Positions 8,601 through 17,619 of a stretch of DNA of 38,555 nt are shown in pieces; position 1 is the first letter of the stretch; each line of letters starts with the position of its first letter. Source of the DNA: a virus (lineage: Duplodnaviria; Caudoviricetes); IMG/VR virus record IMGVR_UViG_3300048598_000527, positions 1 through 38,555 of that record. One strand, 5' to 3'. Below the pieces are notes generated by a model that had not been told where the DNA came from, did not search any database, and saw only the letters and a program-made list of their open reading frames with translations. The position numbers and the translations under genes are program-made.

Positions 8601-9557
8601 ATGCCTCAGAGAGTAGATGTACACGTAGACCAGCCGCTCTCGAACTTCGCGGTTGAGTACAAAAACCCCGCGGGCCTTTATATCGCGAACAGGGTCGCTC
8701 CCCCCGTGCTCGTTCCCAAGCAGAGCGACAAGTACTTCGTCTATGACAAAAAGGACCGCTTTACCAGGCCGAAGACTGCCCGAGGCCCGAAGGGCAAGGC
8801 AAACACGGTCGACTGGAACGTCTCCAGCGACACGTACAAGTGCAACGACCGGGCCCTGCGCGATTTCGTATCGGACGCGACGGTCGCGAACTCCGATGCT
8901 CCCATACAGCCCAGGCAGAAGACGGCGGCGATCGTCACCGACCTGCTTCTGCTCGACAGGGAGATCGATGTCCTCGGCTACATTACCACCTACGCGAACT
9001 ACGGCTCGTCCATGCGCACGCAGCTCACGGGCACCGACCAGTTCACCGACTATACCAATTCCGACCCGATCGGCGTCATCGACACCGGCAAGGCCGCCTG
9101 CTTCATGGACCCGAATTACATGTTCATCGGCAAGTCCGCCTATGACAAGCTCAAACGGCACCCCCAGCTCCTCGACCACGTCAAGGGCGGCGCCACGAGC
9201 GGGGACCCGGCCACGATCACGGCCGCCCAAATGGCGGAGGTGTTCGAGATCCAGAATGTGGTGGTGTCCTCGGCCAAGTACAACACCGCGAACAAGGGTC
9301 AGACGTCAATTTTCGATTACATCATGGGAGACTCCATCGTCCTGGCCTATATCGATGCGGCCGCCCAGATGGAGGGCATCTCCGCGTTCAAAACCTTTGT
9401 CTGGCAGCAGATGGCCACGGGTATAGGCTACAAGGTCCGTTCCTATCGGGACGAAGAAGTGGGAGGAGGCGGCGAGTGGATCGAGGTGGAGACCTCCGAC
9501 GACTTCAAGGTCGTCTGTTCCGACGTGGCCTACCTCATCTACGACACCAACGAATAG
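8601..9557 (+). CDS. Major capsid protein
   Basis: 318 aa, strong AAGGAGG RBS; HVDQPLSNFAVEYKN..IANRVAPPVLV, SDPIGVID, LKRHPQL; head-module position. Confidence 0.9.
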   Translation: MPQRVDVHVDQPLSNFAVEYKNPAGLYIANRVAPPVLVPKQSDKYFVYDKKDRFTRPKTARGPKGKANTVDWNVSSDTYKCNDRALRDFVSDATVANSDAPIQPRQKTAAIVTDLLLLDREIDVLGYITTYANYGSSMRTQLTGTDQFTDYTNSDPIGVIDTGKAACFMDPNYMFIGKSAYDKLKRHPQLLDHVKGGATSGDPATITAAQMAEVFEIQNVVVSSAKYNTANKGQTSIFDYIMGDSIVLAYIDAAAQMEGISAFKTFVWQQMATGIGYKVRSYRDEEVGGGGEWIEVETSDDFKVVCSDVAYLIYDTNE

Positions 9558-9571
9558 CGGGAGGTGACGAG

Positions 9572-10057
9572 ATGCGCTTTCCTACACTGAAAACCCGGGG
9601 CGGCCGTAAAGGCCTCCTCGGAGCGGTACTCCTGGCGGCACTGCTCATCGCCGTCGGGATCGGCATCAACGCTGCCTATTACGACGGGGACTTCTACAAT
9701 GTCCTCGTCAAGGGCAGCATGGCGACGCGGTCGGGGGCCGTAATAGACTTCACCGGCGCCACCCTCAAAACGACGCCCACGATCGCTACCCACAACTACG
9801 GCGCCACGGCAACGGACTGGACCATCCCGACCGCCGACACCTATGCGGGCTACATTACCGTGAGCAACGCGAGCGGAGGGGTCAACGCCCTTTTGCGGTC
9901 CGCCGTCGCCGGTCACACCTACACGGTGTTTAATGGGTCGGGCCAGGTCCTCACGTTCAAGGTCACGGGCAAGACGGGCGGCACCATAGCGAACGGCAAG
10001 CGGGCGTTTTACACGGCCACCACGGCCGACGTTTTCGAAGTCTGGGAGCAGAGCTAA
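9572..10057 (+). CDS. Signal-peptide/TM-anchored beta-rich protein (fibre or decoration-like)
   Basis: GGAGGT RBS; basic n-region, hydrophobic LLGAVLLAALLIAVGIG, INA cleavage-like site; Thr/Gly/Ala-rich remainder. Confidence 0.75.
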   Translation: MRFPTLKTRGGRKGLLGAVLLAALLIAVGIGINAAYYDGDFYNVLVKGSMATRSGAVIDFTGATLKTTPTIATHNYGATATDWTIPTADTYAGYITVSNASGGVNALLRSAVAGHTYTVFNGSGQVLTFKVTGKTGGTIANGKRAFYTATTADVFEVWEQS

Positions 10058-10060
10058 CCA

Positions 10061-11119
10061 ATGAGTAAACGGGCAGCCGGGGCGGTGTGTGCCGCCCTGG
10101 CCCTCCTCACCACCGCGTATGTACCGGCCATAAATGGCTTGCGGCATAACCGGCTCGTGCTCGCCGCTCCCGTCGCCATCGGGGCCTCGGCAATAGGTGC
10201 CTGGCAATATACCCGATCGGGCGCGGCCCTCATCGCCTGCGTCGCCCTGTCGGTTTTCCTGTTCCCCGCTCCGGGAATACGGATATTTCTCCTGGCCCTC
10301 GCCGCCGTCGCGTTCGTCCTCGCGTGTGCCAGTCATGAGAAGTGGGCGGGAGGCATGGCATACATCGCCGACACGGTCTGCATCGTCGCCCTCGCGAACG
10401 TCGCGATGGAGATCCTCCAGGTCGCCGGCCTCGGGATCCCTGGGCACACAAGAGGCATCACGGGGCTCATGGCAAACCCCGACGAGACAAGCGCCCTTCT
10501 CGGGATCTGCGCGCCCTATTTTTTCCGGCGCCGCTGGGTCCTTGCGCTGCCTTTGGTTGTTCTCGGTATCGTCCTGTGTAAGGTGTGGATCGGCTTGGTC
10601 GCTCTCGTCGCCGTTGCCGGAGTACTCCTCTGGAAAAGGCACGGCATCGTCGGCGCTTCCATCGCAACTGCGGGAGGCGTATGCACCCTCGCAGCCGTCG
10701 GAGGCCTCGCCGGCTGGAGCTTCGAAGCTCATGTCGGATCGCGCCTCGTCGCATGGTCCGCGACAGTCCAGGCCTGGTTGTCGTTCCCGGTCCTCGGGTG
10801 GGGCTTCGGCCGTTACGGCGCCGTGATACCGTCTCTTTTGCCTCCCGGGACCGAGATGTTTATGGAAGCTCACAACGACTTTCTGCAGCTCGCATTCTCC
10901 ACCGGTGCCCTGGGCCTCATCCTTGCCGCCGCCTTTGTCGCCTCGACGATCAAGAAAGGCCTGCGTCTCGTCGACACGGCCCCGGTTTTGTCCTTCATCG
11001 CGTCGTGCGTGAGCGCGTGCGCGTTCTTCACCTGGCAAATAGTGCCCCTCGCGGCGCTTACCATCTTTTCTCTTGCCGCAATACATGGCGCGCCGAAAAG
11101 CGTCGGCGCAAGGAGGTAG
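10061..11119 (+). CDS. O-antigen ligase/polymerase family (Wzy_C) polytopic membrane protein
   Basis: About 10 hydrophobic segments; GLMANPD, SRLVAW...PVLGWGFG, EAHNDFLQLAFSTGALG signature. Confidence 0.88.
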   Translation: MSKRAAGAVCAALALLTTAYVPAINGLRHNRLVLAAPVAIGASAIGAWQYTRSGAALIACVALSVFLFPAPGIRIFLLALAAVAFVLACASHEKWAGGMAYIADTVCIVALANVAMEILQVAGLGIPGHTRGITGLMANPDETSALLGICAPYFFRRRWVLALPLVVLGIVLCKVWIGLVALVAVAGVLLWKRHGIVGASIATAGGVCTLAAVGGLAGWSFEAHVGSRLVAWSATVQAWLSFPVLGWGFGRYGAVIPSLLPPGTEMFMEAHNDFLQLAFSTGALGLILAAAFVASTIKKGLRLVDTAPVLSFIASCVSACAFFTWQIVPLAALTIFSLAAIHGAPKSVGARR

Positions 11120-11122
11120 GTT

Positions 11123-11560
11123 ATGAAGAGACTCGTCGCCCTCGCGATCGTCGCCGGCTGCGTCCTGATGGCAATATCGACGGCAATGTCGACATCAGGC
11201 CCCGACTTCCCCACGTTCAGGCACCCGTCAAGGGGCCTTATCGCGCCCCACACGGTCTACGGCACGAAAGCGGCCGCCGGCGACACCACGGTGATACCCG
11301 CCCCCGCAGCGGGCAAGCGCATCCTCGTCTGGGGATTCAAGCTCGTCGCCGAGGGCACGGTAAATCCCTACCTCAAGAGCGGGACGACGCAAATGGATTC
11401 GAGGTGGCCCCTCGTCGCGAACATCGGGGTTTTCCCGGCAGCGAAAGACCCCGCCACCGCCATGACGCCATACTATGCGGCCAGCCCCGACCAGGCCCTG
11501 GTTATCAACGCCGACACCACGGCCACGGTCGACTACTGGTTCCTCTACACCGAGGAGTAA
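11123..11560 (+). CDS. Exported small beta-sandwich protein
   Basis: AGGAGG RBS; MKRLVALAIVAGC signal (possible lipobox); IPAPAAGKRILVWG motif reminiscent of phage head spike/jelly-roll proteins. Confidence 0.7.
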   Translation: MKRLVALAIVAGCVLMAISTAMSTSGPDFPTFRHPSRGLIAPHTVYGTKAAAGDTTVIPAPAAGKRILVWGFKLVAEGTVNPYLKSGTTQMDSRWPLVANIGVFPAAKDPATAMTPYYAASPDQALVINADTTATVDYWFLYTEE

Positions 11561-11564
11561 GGCC

Positions 11565-13793
11565 ATGCCCGGCAGATCCTCCCGCCTCTTTGCTCTCGCC
11601 GCCGCGGCACTCGTCCTCGCGCTCCTCGCCGGGATCCCGACCGGGCCGGTGTGGGGGGCCGTTCGGTTTGTCGATCCGGTCAACGGATCCGATAGCGCAT
11701 CGTGCAACGTCGTGGGGACCTGCGGAACAAGCACGGCCTGCAAATCCATCGAATACGCGGTTGAAAATACCACGTCATGGCAGTTCGGGGATACGCTTGC
11801 CTTGTGTCCAGGATCATACGCTGATACCGCCGGCGTCTGGAGGACCAGTCCTGCAACGGACCATGTGATAAGCCTGGCCCCCTCGGGCGGATCTGGCTAT
11901 TTTACGGTAAGCGCGGCATCGACAAACCCCACTATAGACATGGCTAACGCTTCAGGTCAGATGTGGAATCTCAGAGGAAGGGTAAGGTTTCAGCATGTCA
12001 ATGTCACAAACGCTGGGGCTACCGTCGCCCGATGGTCGAACGTGGGGTCTACTGCTCAGGACTTCGAGATCCTCATGGAGGATGGAACAATAGACTTACC
12101 GGGCGTCGTAATTAACACGTATTTCATCGAGTTCCTCAATGCGGCTGGCTACAACGCGACCGCAATACTTCGCCGTATGAAACTGAAAAACTGGGTAAAC
12201 ATCACGGGCACCAACACGGGCTTCATTCGCAACAATATCAATACAAACGGTTCCTACACGGCGACGGTGACGCTTGATACCTGTCTTTTGAAAAACTTCG
12301 GGAATCTCCTTTATGGATCGACGTCCAAGGTTCCCATCAGGCTCAACCTCATTAACAGCACGGTGGTACCTGGGCCGTCCCAGTTGCTCTATAACGATTC
12401 GGTCGTGGATGCCAGGACAATAGCCCAGATCACGGGGAACATTTTTGTTGCAGACAACACCTTTCTCTACCCCCTTTATTTAGGAAATCTCGTCCCCGAT
12501 TGCTCATCTGGCCGCTGCGGCCCTCCGGCGGGATGGACCGTGAAGGGCAATATAGTTTATAAAGCCGGCGAATACCCGGCGATCAATCTCGACCGGCTAG
12601 CCGACAACTCGTCCCAAGCTGCTCTTGTCGACGAAACGAATCACTTTATCAATCCCGACTTCGCCGATCCGGACAATGACGACTATACCCCGAGAAACGG
12701 ACGCCTCACAGGCAAGGGCTACGCCGCCAATCTTCCCGCAACGGACATCAACGGTAACGCCTGGCGTGGCTCGGCGGACGTCGGGGCATTCCGGAACCCC
12801 GTCGCCGCTACCCCTACACTGCTTGGTCCCAACACATTAATTGTCGTGGGAGACTCGATTGCCGCAGGGATGGTATATCGGCTTGCCCAGGACCTTTGGC
12901 TTTCCGGGTGGACGGTTTACGGTGCGGGCTCCGACTGCAACGCCACCGCTGGAGCCAACTGCGCGGCGTGGGGCGGGTCGTTAGGATCAACCGCCTCTTG
13001 GCTCATCGATAGAGCGGTGGATTACTGGGGCGTGCCGGGCTATTTCGTCATCCTTACCTACGGGAATAGCCTCAGCCCGAGAGGCAATAACCCAATAAAC
13101 CTCACGACGACGCAGGCGGCAGACGATGTTCTGACCATGGCAAGCAAAGCCCGGGCATACGGCAGCACGCCCATATTGCTCGGGATGATGCCTTCATGGC
13201 ATGCGACACAGGCAGGACAGTTGACAATTCCCATGGACTTTAACTCCAAGGTCGCCACGATGGCCGCATCTAACGGCTACGCGGCCGCCTTTCCGCTCAA
13301 TCATTTTGTGTTCAGCCTGTATTACGCAAACGTTCGGGGCGCCGCAAACCCCGGGTACTACACCGACCCAAACGGACTTCTCGACAATGTCCACCCGTCC
13401 GATCCAGAAGGCAGAAGGGCGCTCGCTTCAGTGCTCGAAGACATATTGCTCGGGCGCTATGGCTACTATGTCACGCAATCCGGCGCCACGCCCCTTACAT
13501 CAGGGGTAGGTCTTGGTACCTGCCGCTACCCCCTGTCCATTGCGGGATTCAACGCGCAGACCGGATTAGGCGGATACCAGGCGCTGCCCATAGGAACATC
13601 AGGGATGAAAGTTTCAATTCTCGACACGGTGAGCACGCAGTTTGTGGCACCCGTTGACGGGGCGAACGGTAAGCCCATGCGGCTCAAGGGATATGGCCTG
13701 CTCTCCGGTGGATGGGACTTCACCGGAAAAAGCCATTGGCTCTTAGCACCCGGTGCCGGATCATTAAACGGCTTTACCTACATGGGGCAGTAA
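11565..13793 (+). CDS. Large exported protein: parallel beta-helix-like domain plus SGNH/GDSL esterase domain
   Basis: Signal peptide; FVDPVNGSD..CKSIEYAV beta-helix cap; INPDFAD..DYT..DING..DVGAF end motif; VVGDSI block I and DNVHP block V. Confidence 0.8.
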   Translation: MPGRSSRLFALAAAALVLALLAGIPTGPVWGAVRFVDPVNGSDSASCNVVGTCGTSTACKSIEYAVENTTSWQFGDTLALCPGSYADTAGVWRTSPATDHVISLAPSGGSGYFTVSAASTNPTIDMANASGQMWNLRGRVRFQHVNVTNAGATVARWSNVGSTAQDFEILMEDGTIDLPGVVINTYFIEFLNAAGYNATAILRRMKLKNWVNITGTNTGFIRNNINTNGSYTATVTLDTCLLKNFGNLLYGSTSKVPIRLNLINSTVVPGPSQLLYNDSVVDARTIAQITGNIFVADNTFLYPLYLGNLVPDCSSGRCGPPAGWTVKGNIVYKAGEYPAINLDRLADNSSQAALVDETNHFINPDFADPDNDDYTPRNGRLTGKGYAANLPATDINGNAWRGSADVGAFRNPVAATPTLLGPNTLIVVGDSIAAGMVYRLAQDLWLSGWTVYGAGSDCNATAGANCAAWGGSLGSTASWLIDRAVDYWGVPGYFVILTYGNSLSPRGNNPINLTTTQAADDVLTMASKARAYGSTPILLGMMPSWHATQAGQLTIPMDFNSKVATMAASNGYAAAFPLNHFVFSLYYANVRGAANPGYYTDPNGLLDNVHPSDPEGRRALASVLEDILLGRYGYYVTQSGATPLTSGVGLGTCRYPLSIAGFNAQTGLGGYQALPIGTSGMKVSILDTVSTQFVAPVDGANGKPMRLKGYGLLSGGWDFTGKSHWLLAPGAGSLNGFTYMGQ

Positions 13794-13849
13794 TGAAGAA
13801 CATCGCGAAAGTTGAATCGCGAAACGCGGAACAAAAGGAGGGATCGGCG

Positions 13850-14101
13850 GTGGCCAACGAACCGAAAGAGTCGCGCATCACCATCGGGACGGGAATCATT
13901 ATCACGCTGGTCGCGGGCATAATCGCCGGCGGTGGCACCACGCTCCTCAATCATGAGCGCCGCATCTCCACCGTCGAGGCGAACCAGGTCGCCATCAACG
14001 CCACTCTCTCGAGCATGAATTCGACGGTGTGCGAGATCCGCAACGATCTGAAGGAACACCAAAAGATGACGCTCGAGCTCCGGGAGGGAAAGCGGCAATG
14101 A
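13850..14101 (+). CDS. Single-TM coiled-coil protein (holin/XhlA-like)
   Basis: AAGGAGG RBS before GTG 13850 (alternative ATG 13793); one TM then RISTVEA coiled coil; overlaps endolysin start. Confidence 0.6.
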   Translation: MANEPKESRITIGTGIIITLVAGIIAGGGTTLLNHERRISTVEANQVAINATLSSMNSTVCEIRNDLKEHQKMTLELREGKRQ

Positions 14102-14541
14102 GGACTACTTTCGACCGACTCGCCATGTCCTGGGTAGAATCCCGCGAGGGTTACAAGTCGAACCTCGTCGGTGACTCCGGAGGCTTCACTATTTTTGGTA
14201 TCGCTTCAACCTGGCATGCTCAGGATGTTGCGGCAATGGACAAAATGAGCAAGGACGATGCCCGGGCTCGCGCGGCCCTGATCTATCTGCGCGATTACTG
14301 GCAGCCGCACAAGCTTGATGACAGGCCCTGGCCCATCGACCTCGTCATGTTCGATAGCTGGGTGCAGCATGCGCCCTCGACCATGGCAAAGTTCATCGTC
14401 GGAGATCCGACATGGCAAACCATCCTCCTTCGCAGGCTCGCCCATTACAAGGCAAAAACGAACGGTAAATGGAAGGACCGGGGCGGCTGGGTCAACCGGA
14501 TCGCCGACCTCTTCACATTCATTGAAACCCAGGGGGTTTAG
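14098..14541 (+). CDS. Endolysin, glycoside hydrolase family 108
   Basis: EGYKSNLVGDSGGFTIFGI, IYLRDYW, MFDSWVQH, GWVNRI. Confidence 0.88.
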   Translation: MRTTFDRLAMSWVESREGYKSNLVGDSGGFTIFGIASTWHAQDVAAMDKMSKDDARARAALIYLRDYWQPHKLDDRPWPIDLVMFDSWVQHAPSTMAKFIVGDPTWQTILLRRLAHYKAKTNGKWKDRGGWVNRIADLFTFIETQGV

Positions 14542-14542
14542 C

Positions 14543-14989
14543 ATGAAGTCTTTCCGTTCCACCGCCCTTATCCTCGTCCTGGTCGCCGTGGCTCTCGGCT
14601 CCGCCCTTGCTCCATCCCCTGCCCGGGCGGCAGCCGACGTGACGCTCCAGGTCGACGTCGTCACCGCCTCCGACCTCGCCGGGTATCGCATCTATCAGTC
14701 CGCGACGTCCGGCCAGTACAACAGGACCACGGGCAAAGTCTGCGACATTGCCGCCGGCACGACGAGCTGCACCGTCGCCGGCCTCGCCGATGGCGTCTAT
14801 TACTTCGTCGCCACCGCGTATGATAAGGCCGGCAACGAGTCGACATATTCCAACGAGATCACCGTCTCACTCGACTCGACGCCGCCCGCGTCGCCGAAAA
14901 ACCTCCGGACGATCTCCGTCAAGGTGACGGCGACGCTCTCGAACGGACAGCCTGCGATCTCGGTCGTGGCCACGACGGGAGGCAAGTAA
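14543..14989 (+). CDS. Exported fibronectin type III domain protein
   Basis: Signal peptide ending ARA; DLAGYRIY..SGQY..VAGL..YYFVATAYDKAGNESTYSNE. Confidence 0.88.
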   Translation: MKSFRSTALILVLVAVALGSALAPSPARAAADVTLQVDVVTASDLAGYRIYQSATSGQYNRTTGKVCDIAAGTTSCTVAGLADGVYYFVATAYDKAGNESTYSNEITVSLDSTPPASPKNLRTISVKVTATLSNGQPAISVVATTGGK

Positions 14990-16306
14990 TTGGCATTACC
15001 CGCAACGGAAAACTTCAACAGGGCCAATGAGAACCCCCTGGCTTCCCCCTGGGCGGCTCAGTATGGCTTTGTTGGAGGCCTCCAGCTCCTGAGCAACCAG
15101 GCCCGAGGCGTGGGGTCCGCTCGGTGGGACGACTACGGCTCGCTATGGACCGGGGACACCTTCGACAACGATCAATATTCGAAAATCGTCTTCCGGGCCC
15201 AGGACGGCTGGAACGGAGTCGGCCTCATCACGCGGGGCTCCACGACGGTCAAAACCTGTTACTATGCGGGCTACAATGGCTCGTTTTTTCTCAACAAGTG
15301 GGTCGCCGGGACCTGGTCGGAAATAGGGACCAACAGCTCCACCACCCTCGCCAGCGGGGATACCTTCGAGCTTCGAAGCGTCGGCACGACCCACACGATC
15401 TACAAGAACGGCACCGAGGTCACCCACTGGACCGATTCTTCCATATCGTCCGGGAGGGCCGGGATCTATGCGGGCAGCTCCTCGAACATCCTCGACGATT
15501 GGGAAGGCGGCAACGTTTCGACGAGCACCACCCTCACCGTTGCCGAGGCGAGCCAGGCCCACACCGTCGACTCGGTCACCTTGACCCAGGCGCACAGCCT
15601 CGCCGTAGCCGATGCCGTCCAGGCCCAGGTGGCCGACAGCCCGGCCCTCACCCAGGCGCACACTCTCACGGTCGCCGAGGCATCCCACGCCCAGGCCGTC
15701 GACGCACCGTCGTTGACGCAGGCGCATGTCCTCGCCGTGGCGAAAACCTCCCACGCGCAGACTGCCGAGTCCCCGACGCTCACCCAGGCACATGTCCTTG
15801 CAGTGGACGAGGCGGCGCACGCGCAATCGGTCGACAACGTCACCCTCGGCGCCGCGACTACCCTCGAGGTCGCCGATGCCGCTCACGGTCATACCGTCGA
15901 CTCGCCGGCCCTTACCCAGGCGCACACCCTGGTGGTAGCCGAGGCGGCCCACGTGCAGCTCGTCGACGACGTCGTGCTCGAGCTCGCCCTCATCCTCGCC
16001 GTCTCCGACGGGGGCCACGCGCAAACCGCCGAAAGCGTCGAGCTCACCCAGGAACACCGCCTCGCGGTGAGCGACGGGACCACGACCCAAACGGTCGATC
16101 TCGTGACCCTCTCACAGATCCACCTGCTCGCGGTGGCCGAGGCAGCCCAGGCGCAGCGGGCGGACACCGTCGTCTTTTCGTTGCTCGGCAGCATTTTCAG
16201 TCCGTCCCTCGAGGCGATCACGCCCCGCCGGTCGATCGAGGAAACCGCGTTCGGGACATCTCTCGAGGCGATCACGGTCCGGCGCATCATCGAGCCGGGA
16301 ACATAA
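14990..16306 (+). CDS. Virion fibre-like protein: N-terminal lectin/concanavalin-like domain plus ten 22-aa repeats
   Basis: ENFNRAN..IYKNGT..DSSISSGRAGI..DDWEGG domain, then repeats L-x-V-A-(E/D)-x2-H-x-Q...L-T-Q-A-H. Confidence 0.75.
   Translation: MALPATENFNRANENPLASPWAAQYGFVGGLQLLSNQARGVGSARWDDYGSLWTGDTFDNDQYSKIVFRAQDGWNGVGLITRGSTTVKTCYYAGYNGSFFLNKWVAGTWSEIGTNSSTTLASGDTFELRSVGTTHTIYKNGTEVTHWTDSSISSGRAGIYAGSSSNILDDWEGGNVSTSTTLTVAEASQAHTVDSVTLTQAHSLAVADAVQAQVADSPALTQAHTLTVAEASHAQAVDAPSLTQAHVLAVAKTSHAQTAESPTLTQAHVLAVDEAAHAQSVDNVTLGAATTLEVADAAHGHTVDSPALTQAHTLVVAEAAHVQLVDDVVLELALILAVSDGGHAQTAESVELTQEHRLAVSDGTTTQTVDLVTLSQIHLLAVAEAAQAQRADTVVFSLLGSIFSPSLEAITPRRSIEETAFGTSLEAITVRRIIEPGT
15533..16192 (+). 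repeat. Ten tandem 66-bp (22-aa) coding repeats
   Basis: LTVAEASQAHTVDSVTLTQAHS, LAVADAVQAQVADSPALTQAHT etc., ten units in register. Confidence 0.9.
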
Positions 16307-16319
16307 GGAGGTATCAACC

Positions 16320-16691
16320 ATGGCAAAGAAAGCCAACGATCTCGTAATGGACGCGGCGCTCGACTATATCGCATTGTGCGATCGCATGTTCGTCTGCAGC
16401 CAGGAGCCCGCGAGCTACGCGGAGGCCTCCGGCACATATGACCTGGCCACGCACACTCTCGCAGCCGGCGATTTTTCGAAGGCGAACGGCGACTCGTCCG
16501 GCCGCAAGGTCACGATTGCGCAACAGGCCAGCATCACGGTCGACCACTCCGGGAGCGCGACCCATATCGCCCTGGGCAAGTCGGGGACGTCGGAGCTCAC
16601 CTACATCACGACGTGCACGAGCCAGGCTCTCACGGCCGGCAACACGGTCACGGTACCGGCGTTCGACATAGAGATCGGGGACCCGACCTAA
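16320..16691 (+). CDS. Small phage structural protein (fibre subunit-like)
   Basis: Strong TAAGGAGGT RBS; beta-rich SGRKVTI..SATHIAL..ALTAGNTVTVPAFDIEI. Confidence 0.7.
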   Translation: MAKKANDLVMDAALDYIALCDRMFVCSQEPASYAEASGTYDLATHTLAAGDFSKANGDSSGRKVTIAQQASITVDHSGSATHIALGKSGTSELTYITTCTSQALTAGNTVTVPAFDIEIGDPT

Positions 16692-16705
16692 AGCGGAGGA
16701 TCGGC

Positions 16706-17068
16706 GTGAATACGCAGCTCGTCTATATCGGTCACGACAACGCCATCAGCGTGGTGCTCAAAATACAGGGTCCGGAGGATGACGCGCCGAGGCTCCTCAC
16801 GAACGACGAAATGGACGCCATCACGGAAATCACCCTCACCGTCGGGAACGTACTTATCGAGTCGCCCAAGGCGACCATGGCGGGGATCTTCTGGCGGCAG
16901 TCGGGCTATGCCCAGGCGGAAGTGAGAATAATGGTCGGCGCGGTAACTGGCATTGCGGCAGGCACGGACGATGCCCCGCTTGTCGTCTATGACGCATCGA
17001 ACACTCACGGTGTCGTATGGGGCACCATCCCCATTCGGGTCCTCGCGGATCCGGAAGGGACAACATAA
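16706..17068 (+). CDS. Phage structural protein, Ig-like anchor candidate
   Basis: GGAGG RBS and GTG start; beta-rich 120 aa after fibre genes. Confidence 0.6.
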   Translation: MNTQLVYIGHDNAISVVLKIQGPEDDAPRLLTNDEMDAITEITLTVGNVLIESPKATMAGIFWRQSGYAQAEVRIMVGAVTGIAAGTDDAPLVVYDASNTHGVVWGTIPIRVLADPEGTT

Positions 17069-17078
17069 GGGGGTTAGC

Positions 17079-17348
17079 ATGGGTACGGCAACAATCGTCA
17101 TCATCGTGGGGATTTTGGTTCTATCGCACACCGCTGCAGCATGGGTCGGCGATAAGTATGGCGCACGGGGCAAAGCCAGGTTGAAAGAGGAGACGACGGA
17201 GCTCCGGACAAAGGCGGAGACCGTCGAGCGGGAGCTCGGGGAGCTGCGCACCGGCCTCGCGGCTGCCATCACGAAGGGCGTCAAGGACATGGCCAACACG
17301 ATCGCCGGGGGGGACCACCCGTCCGACTCGGGCCAGAAGGGGGCGTGA
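17079..17348 (+). CDS. Single-TM coiled-coil protein
   Basis: N-terminal hydrophobic helix then coiled coil; AAGGGGG RBS. Confidence 0.65.
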   Translation: MGTATIVIIVGILVLSHTAAAWVGDKYGARGKARLKEETTELRTKAETVERELGELRTGLAAAITKGVKDMANTIAGGDHPSDSGQKGA

Positions 17349-17349
17349 C

Positions 17350-17619
17350 GTGGGATCCACTTACCTGCAGGACGACAAAGGCAACAAGTCCTCCATGCGA
17401 GCTATGTGCTTCATCGCGCTGCTCGTCGCGATCGCGCTGTCCGTCCTTATCGTCTACTTTGCCCATAACCCGGCCGGGGGGTTTTACAACGTCCCCATGA
17501 CGGTCGTCGGCCTGGCGCTCGTGTGGATCCTCGCCGCCTTCGCGCCGAAGGCCCTGCAGAAGCTCATAGAGCTATGGCTCGGGAGGGCCTTACCCGGTGA
17601 GACCAAGCCTCAGGCGTAA
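17350..17619 (+). CDS. Putative holin (2 TM)
   Basis: LQDDKGNKSSMR, two TM helices, FAPKALQK. Confidence 0.65.
   Translation: MGSTYLQDDKGNKSSMRAMCFIALLVAIALSVLIVYFAHNPAGGFYNVPMTVVGLALVWILAAFAPKALQKLIELWLGRALPGETKPQA

Noticed and set aside
9572-9680. Type IV prepilin-like cleavage site (RKG/LLGAV)
   Set aside because: Lacks Phe+1 and Glu+5; an ordinary signal peptide or TM anchor is the simpler reading
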